Shown here in pieces: positions 40,612 to 50,560 of a DNA stretch of 64,000 nucleotides. This stretch comes from an uncultured Chloroflexia bacterium. Lineage in GTDB: Bacteria > Chloroflexota > Limnocylindria > Limnocylindrales > CSP1-4. Location of the stretch: assembly GCA_963833225.1 (NCBI GenBank), contig CAWHXD010000017.1, positions 320,001 to 384,000 of the forward strand, given 5' to 3'. Position numbers and translations under genes: made by a program. Below the pieces are notes generated by a model, which was not told the DNA's origin, made no database searches, and worked only from the letters and a program-made list of their open reading frames with translations. Within the stretch, counting starts at the first letter, position 1. The number at the start of each line of letters is the position of its first letter.

Positions 40612-42072
40612 TCAGACGGGAGCCACCAGGCCCTCGGCCTCCGCGCCGGTACCCAGCCACTCCCGGGTCCGGATCGCAGCCGCGAGTCCCTGGGTGACGC
40701 AGTCGGGCAGCCCGACGCCCCGGTACGAGGCGCCCGCGACCGTCACCGCGGGCCACGCGGTCATCGCAGCCTCGATCGCGGCTATCCGGTCAAGGTGCCC
40801 CACCGTGTACCGCGGCATGGCGCCGTCCCAGCGCGAGACGCGCACCAGGAGCGGCTCCGCGGCGACACGCAGGGTCCCCTCCACCTCTGCCCGGGCGGCC
40901 GCGATCAGGTCGGGCTCAGAAAGGGTGGTGGCGCTGCCCTCGTCACGCACGAACATCCGGACCAGGACCACATCGTCGGGGGCACGGTCCGGCCACTTCT
41001 CGGACGACCAGGTGCAGGCGGAGATCGGGCCGCCCTCCGATGCCGGGATGAGGTAGCCGTGGCCCACGAGCTCGCGGCTCACGTGCTCGCGCCGGTAGGC
41101 CAGCGTCACGAGGATCGACGTGCCGTGCGGGACCCCGCCGAGCGCCGCCGTCGCCCCCGGGACCTCGCCCTCGAGCAGGCGCGCGGCCACGGGCGCCGGC
41201 ACGGCCAGGATCGCGCCGTCGAACCGGGCCAGCGACCCGTCCTCGAACCGGGCCGCGATCCCGGTCCCGGCGCGGCTGAGCGACCGGACCCCGAAGCCCG
41301 TCCGCAGCTCGGCTCCACCGAGCGTCAGCGAGCTCTCGAGCGCATCGACCAGCGTCCCCATCCCGCCGCGCAGCGACACGAACACACCCAGGGGCTTCGC
41401 AGCCGGGGCGTCCGCCGTGGCGGACGCCGCCGCCGCGGCCCGCTTCGCCGCCGCCTCGCGCATCGCCTTCCCGTCGGCCAGGCCCGCCAGGAGCAGGCTG
41501 CGGTGCTCGCGCTCGGCCGTCCGCAGCTGGGGCACGACCGCGTCGAGCGAGAGCTCGTCGATCGGGGTTCCGTACACGCCGCCCACGAGCGGCCCGGCGA
41601 GCCGGTCTACCAGGGGCGACCCCAGGCGGCGGCGCAGGAACGTGCCCACGGCGATGTCGTCGACGGGGAGCTGCCGCGGCGAGACCACGTCCCTCGCCAT
41701 CCGCAGCTTCTCCGACCAGGAGAACAGCCGCGTCCGGGCGAACGGCAGCACCTTCGTCGGCAGCACGAGCCCCAGCCCCTCGGGCATCGGCACGAGCTCG
41801 CCCCGGAGCCGGATGTAGACCGCACGCGGGTCCCGCGTGCCCACCAGCTCGGAGCCCAGCCCCAGCTCGCGGCACAGCGTCACCGCCGCCGGCCGGGTGG
41901 CCACGAACGAGTCCGGCCCCTGCTCCAGCACCAGCCCGTCCACGCGCTCCGTGGCGATCTTGCCGCCCAGGCGCGGGCCAGCATCCACGAGGGTGACGGG
42001 CACCCCATCGCGGGCGAGGGCGCGGGCGGCGGCGAGACCGGTGATCCCGCCGCCGATGACCAGGACGCTCAT
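40612..42072 (-). CDS. hemY: Coproporphyrinogen/protoporphyrinogen oxidase (HemY/CgoX)
   Basis: IGGGITGL, EQGPDSF, MPRYTVGH, GVGLPDC. Confidence 0.93.
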   Translation of the reverse strand: MSVLVIGGGITGLAAARALARDGVPVTLVDAGPRLGGKIATERVDGLVLEQGPDSFVATRPAAVTLCRELGLGSELVGTRDPRAVYIRLRGELVPMPEGLGLVLPTKVLPFARTRLFSWSEKLRMARDVVSPRQLPVDDIAVGTFLRRRLGSPLVDRLAGPLVGGVYGTPIDELSLDAVVPQLRTAEREHRSLLLAGLADGKAMREAAAKRAAAAASATADAPAAKPLGVFVSLRGGMGTLVDALESSLTLGGAELRTGFGVRSLSRAGTGIAARFEDGSLARFDGAILAVPAPVAARLLEGEVPGATAALGGVPHGTSILVTLAYRREHVSRELVGHGYLIPASEGGPISACTWSSEKWPDRAPDDVVLVRMFVRDEGSATTLSEPDLIAAARAEVEGTLRVAAEPLLVRVSRWDGAMPRYTVGHLDRIAAIEAAMTAWPAVTVAGASYRGVGLPDCVTQGLAAAIRTREWLGTGAEAEGLVAPV

Positions 42073-42087
42073 GCCATCGACCGTGCG

Positions 42088-43275
42088 CTACGCCATCCCG
42101 TACTGGGGGGCGCGGCCGGACGGCACATACGGGCACAGCGGATCGGACTCGAGCGGGTCGCCGGTCCAGGCGTAGGCCCGGGCCCGCGAGCCGCCGCACA
42201 CCCGCGCGAACTCGCAGGCGCCGCAGCGGCCCTTGAAGCCCTCGGGATTGCGGAGCCCCCGCATGACCTCGTGGTCGCGGTACAGGTCCACGATCGAGTC
42301 GGTGCGGACGTTCCCGAGCGGGATCGGCAGGAATCCGGACGGGTTCACGATGCCCTCGTGGTTGATGAACACGATGCCGTTGCCGTCGCGGATGCCGAAT
42401 CCGCGGCCGACGGACGTGGTGAGGATCTCCTCGGGCGTCTTGCCCTCCACCTCCCACTCGCGGATCGCATGTCGGCGGTAGTGCGTGGCCTCGGTCGTCT
42501 TGACCTGGAACGGGGCGGTCCGCCCGAGGTCAAACAGCCAGGCGTTGAGCTTCTCGGACTCGCCCGGCGTGATCTCCTTGAGCGCGGAACCGCGGCCGGT
42601 CGTGATCAGCATGAACAGCGCCCAGCGCATCACGTCCATGCCGACGAGCAGCTCGTAGATCGCCGGCAGGTCCTCGAGGGTCTGGTCCGTGACCAGGGTG
42701 TTGACCTGGATCGGGAGGCCGGCGGCGCGGGCCCATTTCGCCGCCTGGAGGGTCTTGTCGAACGTTCCCTCGACCATTCGGAAGCCATCATGGCGCTCGG
42801 CGCTGGAGCCGTCGATGGAGAGGCTGATGTTCTGGATGCCGGCATCGCGCAGGCTCTCCAGGACCTCCTGGGTCAGCAGCGGGGTAGCGGCGGGCGCCAG
42901 CGAGGCGCCGATCCGCCGCTCCGTCGCGGCGCGGACGAGCTCATGGAGGTCGGGGCGATTGAGCGGGTCGCCACCCGTGAACACGACGTGCGGGTACGGC
43001 CGCCCGAACCTCGTGATCTCGTCGAGCAGCCGCTCGCCCTCGCGCGTGGTGAGCTCGAGCGGGTTGCGCTCGGCCATCGCGTCGGCGCGGCAGTGCCGAC
43101 AGGCGAGGCCGCAGGCGAGCGTGGTCTCCCAGTACACCAGCATCGGCGCACGGTCGTAGACGTAGCCCTTGGCGCGGACGGCGCCAACCCCGGTGATTCC
43201 CGGGTGGCCGCCGGGGTGACCGCCCGGATGCCCGGAGGGCCGGCCGGCAGGAACGGGATCGATGGTCGTGGTCAT
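42088..43275 (-). CDS. Radical SAM/SPASM protein (TIGR04053-like; AhbD/NirJ-related)
   Basis: VYWETTLACGLACRHCRA, FTGGDPL, PSGFLP, CGACEFARVCGGSRARAYA...DPLC. Confidence 0.88.
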   Translation of the reverse strand: MTTTIDPVPAGRPSGHPGGHPGGHPGITGVGAVRAKGYVYDRAPMLVYWETTLACGLACRHCRADAMAERNPLELTTREGERLLDEITRFGRPYPHVVFTGGDPLNRPDLHELVRAATERRIGASLAPAATPLLTQEVLESLRDAGIQNISLSIDGSSAERHDGFRMVEGTFDKTLQAAKWARAAGLPIQVNTLVTDQTLEDLPAIYELLVGMDVMRWALFMLITTGRGSALKEITPGESEKLNAWLFDLGRTAPFQVKTTEATHYRRHAIREWEVEGKTPEEILTTSVGRGFGIRDGNGIVFINHEGIVNPSGFLPIPLGNVRTDSIVDLYRDHEVMRGLRNPEGFKGRCGACEFARVCGGSRARAYAWTGDPLESDPLCPYVPSGRAPQYGMA

Positions 43276-43293
43276 GGCAGTTCGCTCCTGGCC

Positions 43294-44217
43294 TCAGGCG
43301 GCGGTGACGGGGCGGAGGGACGCGGCCGCGATGTCGGCCAGGCCCGCGATGAACGTCGGATCGGTGTTCATCGAGCGCGCGCGCTCGATGCGGATGCCCA
43401 CATCGCGGGCCACGCCCTGGGCCTCGATGTCGATGTCGAACAGGACCTCCAGGTGGTCGGCAACGAAGCCGACCGGCCTGATCACCAGGCCGCGCACGCC
43501 CTCGGCGGCGAGGCGGCGGATCTCGACCAGGATGTCGGGTCCAAGCCACGGCTCATCGGTGCGGCCGGCGCTCTGGAACGCGAAGTCGTAGTCGTCGATG
43601 CCCAGCTCGCGTGCAACCAGGGCGGCCGTCGCGGCCAGCTCGGTCGGGTACGGGTCGCCGTCGGCGAGCACCCGCGCCGGCAGGCTGTGGGCGGTGAACA
43701 TGACCCGGACGCCGGCCGAGTCCTCGAACCGCCCGAGCGCCTCCCGTGCCGTCTGAGCGAGCGCCTCGATGAACAGGGGCTGGTCATGCCAGGAGGCCAC
43801 GAAGTCCACGGTCGGGGCGTCGCCACCAAGCTCGGCGAGGGCGACGTCCACCGCACGCCGGTAGCCCGCGGCATTGGACGACGCCTGCGGGGCGAGCGCG
43901 ATCGCCGTGAAGTGCCGCACGCCGTCCGCGGCCATGCCCTTCACGATGTCCCCGATCCGCGGCGCGATGTGCCGCATCCCGGCGTAGACGGGGACCGGCA
44001 GGCCTCGTGAGGCGAGCTCGAGGGCAAGCGCGGCCCGTTGCGCCTCCACGATGTGCGACAGGGGCGACCCGCCACCGATCGCGCGGTACCGATCCAGCAG
44101 CTCCTCGAGGAGGTGCGGCGGGGGCGGCGAGCCGCGGCGAATGTCGGTGTAGTAGGCCTCGACCTGGTCGAGCGAGTCCGGGGACCCGTAGGCCATGAGC
44201 AGGACGGCATCGGTCAC
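43294..44217 (-). CDS. hemH: Ferrochelatase (coproporphyrin-type)
   Basis: LLMAYGSP, FTAHSLP, QSAG..PWLGP, GFVADHLEVLFDID. Confidence 0.95.
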   Translation of the reverse strand: MTDAVLLMAYGSPDSLDQVEAYYTDIRRGSPPPPHLLEELLDRYRAIGGGSPLSHIVEAQRAALALELASRGLPVPVYAGMRHIAPRIGDIVKGMAADGVRHFTAIALAPQASSNAAGYRRAVDVALAELGGDAPTVDFVASWHDQPLFIEALAQTAREALGRFEDSAGVRVMFTAHSLPARVLADGDPYPTELAATAALVARELGIDDYDFAFQSAGRTDEPWLGPDILVEIRRLAAEGVRGLVIRPVGFVADHLEVLFDIDIEAQGVARDVGIRIERARSMNTDPTFIAGLADIAAASLRPVTAA

Positions 44218-45284
44218 TTGGTCGCTCCGTGGTCGTGGACCAGGTCCACGAGTCGCTTGAGGTGATCCGGGTCCGTTGCCGGCAGGACGCCGTGACCCAG
44301 GTTGAAGATGTGGCCGGGCCGGCGGTCATTCTCCGCCAGCACCCAGCGGGCCGCCTCCTCGACGCCCTCCCAGGGGCCCAGGAGGAGCACCGGGTCCAGG
44401 TTCCCCTGCACGGCGCGGTCGCCCACCAACCGCCGGCCCTCCGCAAGGGCGATCCGCCAGTCGAGGCCGATGACGTCGCCGCCGGCCTGCGCCTGGAGCG
44501 GCAGGATGCCGCCGGTCCCCACACCGAAGTGGGTGGCCGGGACACCGAGCGGTTCGATTCCCTCGAACAGCCGGCGCATCCACGGCCACAGGCGCCGCTC
44601 GTAGTCGAGCGGCGAGAGGCCCCCGACCCAGCTGTCGAAGACCTGGACGGCCTCGACACCGGCGGCCACCTGGGCTCGCAGGTAGGCGATCGTCGCGTCG
44701 ACCAGCCGGTCGAGCAGCGCGGCCCACATCGCGGGTTCCGCATGCATCAGCCGCTTGGTCGTCACGAAGTCGCGCGACGGCCCGCCCTCGACGAGGTAGC
44801 AGGCGAGCGTGAACGGGGCGCCCGCGAAGCCGATGAGCGGCACCGGCGACTCGGCACGGATGAGCCGGATCGCGTCCAGCAGGGACGCCACGGCCTCGTC
44901 CGGGTCGAACGCGCGCAGCGCCTCCACGTCCGCCATCGTCCGGATCGGCCGCTCGATGACCGGGCCACGGCCCTCCACGATGTCGAAGCCCACGCCGAGC
45001 CCGGCAAACGGGGTCGTGATGTCGGCGAACAGGATCGCGGCGTCCACGCCCAGCCGGCGGACGGGCTGGAGCGTGACCTCGGCGCACAGGGCCGGGTCGC
45101 GGGTGATCTCGAGCAGGGTCGCGTGCTCGCGGATGGCGCGGTACTCGGGCAGCGCCCGGCCGGCCTGGCGCATGAACCAGACCGGCGTGGTGTCCACCGG
45201 CAGGCCGTGGGCCGCGCGGAGGTAGCGCGCCTCGGGACGGGGAGCCGGCACCTGACCGCCGACGGGTGCGACCTCGGTCGTCAT
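44214..45284 (-). CDS. hemE: Uroporphyrinogen decarboxylase
   Basis: PVWFMRQAGRALPEY, FNLGHG. Confidence 0.97.
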   Translation of the reverse strand: MTTEVAPVGGQVPAPRPEARYLRAAHGLPVDTTPVWFMRQAGRALPEYRAIREHATLLEITRDPALCAEVTLQPVRRLGVDAAILFADITTPFAGLGVGFDIVEGRGPVIERPIRTMADVEALRAFDPDEAVASLLDAIRLIRAESPVPLIGFAGAPFTLACYLVEGGPSRDFVTTKRLMHAEPAMWAALLDRLVDATIAYLRAQVAAGVEAVQVFDSWVGGLSPLDYERRLWPWMRRLFEGIEPLGVPATHFGVGTGGILPLQAQAGGDVIGLDWRIALAEGRRLVGDRAVQGNLDPVLLLGPWEGVEEAARWVLAENDRRPGHIFNLGHGVLPATDPDHLKRLVDLVHDHGATK

Positions 45285-46549
45285 GCGTCGAACGCCCGAC
45301 GGGCGGCCGCCACGGTCGCCGCGATCTCCACGGAACCGTGGGCCGCGCCGATGAACCAGGCCTCGAACTGCGACGGCGGGAGCAGGATCCCCTGGTCGAG
45401 CATCGCCCCGAAGAATCGGGCGTAGGCGTCGCGATCGGCGGCACCTGCCTCGGCCCAGTCGCGCGGGACCGCGGGCAGGAAGAACACCGTCAGCAGCGAG
45501 CCCACCCGCGCGATCGCCACTTCGCGACCGGCGGCCGCGGCGGCATCGCGCAGCCCCGCCTCGAGGTCCGCGCCGGCCTGCTCGAGCTCGTCGTACACGC
45601 CGGGTGTGAGCAGGTCGAGGGTGGCCGCGCCCGCGGCCATCGCCAGCGGATGCCCGGACAGGGTGCCAGCCTGGTACACGCCGCCCTCGGGGGCCACGTG
45701 CCGCATCAGGTCGGCGCGACCGCCGTATGCGCCAACCGGCATCCCGCCGCCGATGATCTTGCCCAGCGTGGTGAGGTCCGGCGTCACGCCGTACCGCTCC
45801 TGCGCTCCACCCTTGGCGAGCCGGAACCCCGTGATCACCTCGTCGAAGATCAGGAGCGCGCCGCTGGCGACCGTGAGGTCGCGAAGGGTCTGGAGGAACC
45901 CGGCTGCCGGGGCGACGACGCCGATGTTGGCGGCAACGGGCTCCACGATCACGGCCGCCACCGCGCCTGGATGACGCTCGAAGACGCTCGAGATCGCCTC
46001 GGGATCGTTGTACGGGACGACGACCGTGTCGCGCGCCGCGGCGGCGGTCACGCCGGCCGAACCTGGCATCGCCAGCGTCGCGAGCCCGGAACCGGCCTCG
46101 ACCAGGAGGCTGTCGCCGTGCCCGTGGTAGCCGCCCGCGAACTTCACGATCAGGTTGCGTCCGGTGGCGCCGCGTGCGAGCCGGATCGCGCTCATCACGG
46201 CCTCCGTGCCCGACGACGTGAAGCGCATCCGCTCCATCGAGGGCATCGCGGCGCGGATCCGCGTCCCAAGCTCCACCTCGAGCGGGCTGGTCGCTCCGAG
46301 GGCGAACCCGTTGAGGGCCGCCTCCCGGACGGCCTCGATCACCTCGGGTCGCCCGTGACCCAGGATGGCCGGCCCCCAGGAGCTGATGTAGTCGAGATAC
46401 CAGGTGCCATCCGCATCACGCACACGCGGTCCTTGGCCGGCGTCGAGGATGAGCGGAGGCCGCCCGACGGAGCGGAACGCCCGAACGGGGCTGTTGACGC
46501 CACCCGGGAACAGCGACTCGGCGGTCTCCCGGAGCTGGGCCTGGGTCAT
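45281..46549 (-). CDS. hemL: Glutamate-1-semialdehyde 2,1-aminomutase
   Basis: PGGVNSPVRAF, SGTEA, FDEVITGFR, GKIIGGGMP. Confidence 0.97.
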   Translation of the reverse strand: MTQAQLRETAESLFPGGVNSPVRAFRSVGRPPLILDAGQGPRVRDADGTWYLDYISSWGPAILGHGRPEVIEAVREAALNGFALGATSPLEVELGTRIRAAMPSMERMRFTSSGTEAVMSAIRLARGATGRNLIVKFAGGYHGHGDSLLVEAGSGLATLAMPGSAGVTAAAARDTVVVPYNDPEAISSVFERHPGAVAAVIVEPVAANIGVVAPAAGFLQTLRDLTVASGALLIFDEVITGFRLAKGGAQERYGVTPDLTTLGKIIGGGMPVGAYGGRADLMRHVAPEGGVYQAGTLSGHPLAMAAGAATLDLLTPGVYDELEQAGADLEAGLRDAAAAAGREVAIARVGSLLTVFFLPAVPRDWAEAGAADRDAYARFFGAMLDQGILLPPSQFEAWFIGAAHGSVEIAATVAAARRAFDA

Positions 46550-47592
46550 CAGCGGGCCTCCCGGGTCCAGGTCGCGAGGTCCGCGGCCGCGTAGGTGATC
46601 ACGAACCCGGCGCCGGCCCGCAGGATGGACGTTGTGGCCTCGGTGAGGGCGCGGCGGCGATCCAGCCAGCCGCGCTCCGCGGCCGCCTCGATGGACGCAT
46701 ACTCGCCGCTCACCTGGTAGGCGCCAATCGGCACGTCGTACCGGGCCCGCGCGGCGGCCAGGATGTCGAGCGAGGGCAGCGCGGGCTTGACCAGAAGCAT
46801 GTCCGCACCCTCGGCGATGTCCGCGTCCATCTCACGCATGGACTCGCGGGCGTTGGCCGGGTCCATCTGGTAACCGCGGCGGTCGCCGAACGAGGGGGCG
46901 GAGCCGGCCGCGTCGCGGAACGGCCCGTAGAACGCCGATGCGGTCTTGGCGGCGTAGGCAAGGATCGCCGTGTCCACGTGGCCGGCGGCATCGAGGCCGT
47001 CGCGGATCGCGGCGACCTGCCCATCCATCATTGCCGAGGGGGCGACGACGTCCGCACCACTCTCGGCCTGCGAGGCCGCCGTTCGCGCGAGCAGCTCGAT
47101 GGTGGCGTCGTTGTCGACCCGGCCGCCGCGAGTGAGCGGGCCGCAGTGGCCGTGGTCCGTGTACTCACACAGGCAGGTGTCGGCGATGAGCACAAGGTCC
47201 AGGTCCGCGTCCCGGAACCGCCGCAGCGTCTCCTGGACGATCCCGTCGGCGACCCAGCCGCCAGTCCCGGTCGCGTCCTTGGTGGCCGGCAGACCGAACA
47301 GGATGATCCCGCCGATCCCAAGCGCCTCGAGCGCCCGGGCGTCCCGCAGGGCCTCGTCCGGCGTCACGCGCATCACACCGGGCATCGAGCCGACGGGCTC
47401 GCGCCCTTCGCGACCGGGCTGGACGAAGATCGGGGCGACGAGCTGGCGCGGGTGGATCCGCGTCTCGCGGACGAACGCCCGCAGCGGCTCGGTGCGGCGT
47501 GTCCGGCGCAGGCGATGCGCGGGGTCGGGCGCGAGCGTGCCGGCGCCGTTCGGGGCGGCAGGAACCATGGGACGGTCGAGGTCGAGGGTCAT
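46549..47592 (-). CDS. hemB: Porphobilinogen synthase (Zn-type)
   Basis: CLCEYTDHGHC, SAMMDG, FYGPFRDA, LVKPA, YQVSGEY. Confidence 0.97.
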   Translation of the reverse strand: MTLDLDRPMVPAAPNGAGTLAPDPAHRLRRTRRTEPLRAFVRETRIHPRQLVAPIFVQPGREGREPVGSMPGVMRVTPDEALRDARALEALGIGGIILFGLPATKDATGTGGWVADGIVQETLRRFRDADLDLVLIADTCLCEYTDHGHCGPLTRGGRVDNDATIELLARTAASQAESGADVVAPSAMMDGQVAAIRDGLDAAGHVDTAILAYAAKTASAFYGPFRDAAGSAPSFGDRRGYQMDPANARESMREMDADIAEGADMLLVKPALPSLDILAAARARYDVPIGAYQVSGEYASIEAAAERGWLDRRRALTEATTSILRAGAGFVITYAAADLATWTREAR

Positions 47593-49307
47593 CGGGCTCC
47601 TCCGAAGGCGGGGGTGGGGTCGAGGTCGGGATCGGTGGTCGGGGGAACAGGCGGCGCGCCGACCGCCCGCGCGGTGAACACGGCGAGGGATGCGGCATCC
47701 GGAGCGGGCGCCACGTGCACGGACCTGAAGCCGGCGGCGGCCGCAACCTGGGCCGTCCGTGCCCCGGCGGCGATCAGCGGCGTGGCCAGCATCGCCGACC
47801 GGGACCGATCCTCGGCCAGCTCCAGGAGGCCGCGGGCGGTCGAGCCGCTGGTGGCAACGATCACGTCGGGCGCTCCGTCATCGAGCGCCGCGGCAAGGAT
47901 GGCACGGGACGACGATGGTGCCTCCACCGTCCGGTAGGCGATGGCCTCGGCCACCTCGGCCCCGCGACCCCGCAGGACCGCGACCAGCGCCGGATCGGCG
48001 ATGTCGCCGTGCGGGACGAGGATGCGGTCGCCCGGGGTGATCGGCAGCTCCACCGCGAGCGCCGCGGAATCGGCCACGCTTGGGGTGAAGATCCCTGCGA
48101 GACCCACGCCCCGCAGCACGACCGCCGTGGCATCGCCAACCGCGGCCCACCGGCAGGTGCCCGGATCGAGACGCAGGCGATCCATCGCCGCGATGGTGGC
48201 CGAGGCCGCGTTGGCGCTCGTGACGACGACGAGGTCACCCGGTCGGCTGGCGGCGACGACCTCGTCGAGGGGCCCGCCCGGGGGGGCGAGCACGATCTCG
48301 ATCGCGGGAACGTGGACCGCGTCGACGCCAGCGGCGGCCAGCGCGGCGAGCAGAGGCCCTGCCTGGCCGGCCGGCCGGGCGACCAGGGCACGAGGCCGGG
48401 CCCGCAAGGTCACGATGCGCCCCGCCAGCCGCAGCGCGAGGTCGCGGCGCTCGGCCGTGGGCGCGGTGCCCCGGACCCAGGCGACCCTGGCACACGCGAT
48501 CGTCGCGCCGGGCTCCGATACCCAGGCCCGCTCGGCAGCGGCGCCGAGCTCGAGCGTGTCGCCCCGGACGTGGCCGGTCGCGCCGATCGGCGACCGGCAG
48601 CCGCCGCCCGTGCCGTTGAGCAGCGCCCGCTCGGCCTCGATCGCGAACCGCGTCGCCGGATGGTCGAGCAGGCCGACCGCCTCGATCGCCTCGCCGTCGT
48701 CGGCACGAACCTGGAGCGCCAGCGACCCCTGCCCGGGTGCCCACGCCACGACGCTGGGCGGCAGGATGTCGTCGATGCGATCGGCTCGGCCGAGGCGGGT
48801 CAGCCCGGCGACGGCGAGGACGAGCGCGTCCGAATCGCCCCGATCGAGCTTGGCGAGCCGCGTGTCCACGTTGCCGTGGAGCGGGTGGAGCTCCAGGTCG
48901 GGGCGGATCGCTCGGAGGAATGCGACCCGGCGCGGGCTGTCGGTGCCGACCCTGGCGCCGGTGGGCAGCGTCGCCAGGGTCGTCCCCCGCTCGCGACAGA
49001 CGAGGGCATCGCGCGGGTCCTCGCGTGGCGGGTAGGCGGCAATCCGGAGCAGCGGATGCTCATCGGTCGGGACGTCCTTGGCCGAGTGGACGGCGAGGTC
49101 CACCGTCCCGTCGAGCAGCGCGCCGATGATCCGGCCCACGAAGGCGCCCTCACCCCAGGCGGTGTCGACCGGACGCTCGTCGCCCTCGGTGCGGATGACC
49201 GCGATCTCGGTCCCGATGCCGTGCTCGGCGAGGCGGGCGGCCGTCCAGCTGGCCTGGACGAGCGCGAGGGCGCTGCCACGGGTTCCGATGCGGAGGGTGC
49301 GGGTCAT
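47589..49307 (-). CDS. hemC: Fused hydroxymethylbilane synthase / uroporphyrinogen-III synthase (HemC-HemD)
   Basis: IGTRGSALA, VHSAKD, GGGCRSPIG, then a HemD domain (TSANA, AVGDATA, AYRT, TSGST). Confidence 0.93.
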   Translation of the reverse strand: MTRTLRIGTRGSALALVQASWTAARLAEHGIGTEIAVIRTEGDERPVDTAWGEGAFVGRIIGALLDGTVDLAVHSAKDVPTDEHPLLRIAAYPPREDPRDALVCRERGTTLATLPTGARVGTDSPRRVAFLRAIRPDLELHPLHGNVDTRLAKLDRGDSDALVLAVAGLTRLGRADRIDDILPPSVVAWAPGQGSLALQVRADDGEAIEAVGLLDHPATRFAIEAERALLNGTGGGCRSPIGATGHVRGDTLELGAAAERAWVSEPGATIACARVAWVRGTAPTAERRDLALRLAGRIVTLRARPRALVARPAGQAGPLLAALAAAGVDAVHVPAIEIVLAPPGGPLDEVVAASRPGDLVVVTSANAASATIAAMDRLRLDPGTCRWAAVGDATAVVLRGVGLAGIFTPSVADSAALAVELPITPGDRILVPHGDIADPALVAVLRGRGAEVAEAIAYRTVEAPSSSRAILAAALDDGAPDVIVATSGSTARGLLELAEDRSRSAMLATPLIAAGARTAQVAAAAGFRSVHVAPAPDAASLAVFTARAVGAPPVPPTTDPDLDPTPAFGGAR

Positions 49308-49321
49308 CAGGTGGCTACCCG

Positions 49322-50539
49322 CTACAGCGCGAACAGCGTGCGGGCGGCACGCTCGGCATCGCCCGAGCCGTCCTCGCGCAACACGACCAGCGGCTGGTGC
49401 AGCAGCCCCGCGACCAGGCGATGGCTCATCTGCTCGACCAGCTCGCGCTCGTTGTCGTCGAGCGCCAGGCGGCGGAACAGGCGATCCAACTCCTCGCTCC
49501 GGCGGCTCTCGGCGTGATCGGAGAGGGCCTGGATCGTCGGCACGCTGCCCCGCGATCGCGCCCAGGCGCCCATGCTGAGCTCCGCCTGGTCGAGCGCCCG
49601 CTCGAAGCGGGTCCGGAGGCGCCTGGGCAGCAGATCCTGCGGGCTGCGGGCGATGTCGTCGACCGATGTGTGGCGGGTACCGAGCGCGGCACGGGTCTCG
49701 GGGTCCAGGGCCGGCGGTGAGCTCAGGTCCACCACCGGCTGGCGGCCAGCGAGGAGCGCCTCTCGGGCGTCACTGGAGAGCGGCCACTCGGCGGCGATGG
49801 CCAGCAGGACCGCGTCGACGTCCGGGAGCGGCGCATCCGGCCCGAAGGCAGCGGGCTCGCCGCTCGCGTCATGGGCGAGCGCGGCAGCCCGGTCGCTGCT
49901 CCGATTGGCGACGAGCACCCGGGCCCCCTGGCGCGACGCCGCGAGCGCGCACAGCCGGGCCATTCGTCCAGCACCCACGACCAGCACCCGCTGGCCGAGG
50001 AGCGGGCCGATTGTCGGCACCACGCGGTCGAGCGCCAGGTCCGCAAGCGAGCGCGGCGGGCCCTCGCGCCACGACCTCGTCTCACGGCCCAGGTGCAGGG
50101 CGAGCTGGAACAGGCGCTCCAGCACGGGATGCAGCCCCAGGGCACTCGCCGCGTGGGTGCCGATCTCCACCGGGCACCGCTCGGCGCCAGGGACGCGACG
50201 ATCCGAGAGGCACTCGCGAAGCTGGTGAAGGATCTGGTCCTCGCCGACCACGACGCTGTCGAGGCCGGCGGCAACGGTGAACACATGCCGGGCGGCCGCG
50301 AGCCCCTCGAACCGTCGCCCACCCTCGGGGAGCTCCGGCACCACGAGTGCTCCTGGTCCTTCCGCGGCGTCGACGGCCGCGTACAGCTCAACGCGGTGAC
50401 AGGTTCGCAGGAGGATCGTCCGCGGATCTCGCGCGAGCTCGGCCGCGGCGTCGCCAAACGCCTCCCGAGCTTCGCTGGGGACGGTGCGGGCGTGGGTCGT
50501 GAGCGCGATGAGGCCCAACTCGTTGCCGGGGACGGTCAC
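49322..50539 (-). CDS. hemA: Glutamyl-tRNA reductase
   Basis: TCHRVELY, AGLDSVVVGEDQILHQ, VGAGRMA, ANRS, LLHQP. Confidence 0.9.
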   Translation of the reverse strand: MTVPGNELGLIALTTHARTVPSEAREAFGDAAAELARDPRTILLRTCHRVELYAAVDAAEGPGALVVPELPEGGRRFEGLAAARHVFTVAAGLDSVVVGEDQILHQLRECLSDRRVPGAERCPVEIGTHAASALGLHPVLERLFQLALHLGRETRSWREGPPRSLADLALDRVVPTIGPLLGQRVLVVGAGRMARLCALAASRQGARVLVANRSSDRAAALAHDASGEPAAFGPDAPLPDVDAVLLAIAAEWPLSSDAREALLAGRQPVVDLSSPPALDPETRAALGTRHTSVDDIARSPQDLLPRRLRTRFERALDQAELSMGAWARSRGSVPTIQALSDHAESRRSEELDRLFRRLALDDNERELVEQMSHRLVAGLLHQPLVVLREDGSGDAERAARTLFAL

Positions 50540-50560
50540 GATGTGGCTCCAGTGGTTCGA

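Noticed and set aside
40309-44010. 1233-aa plus-strand ORF and other long antisense ORFs (e.g. 1232-3070, 51537-53843)
   Set aside because: Shadow ORFs opposite well-supported genes in high-GC DNA; Arg/Gly/Pro-rich with no motifs
47589-49307. HemC-HemD fusion as a novelty
   Set aside because: A real single ORF, but such fusions are already known in several lineages
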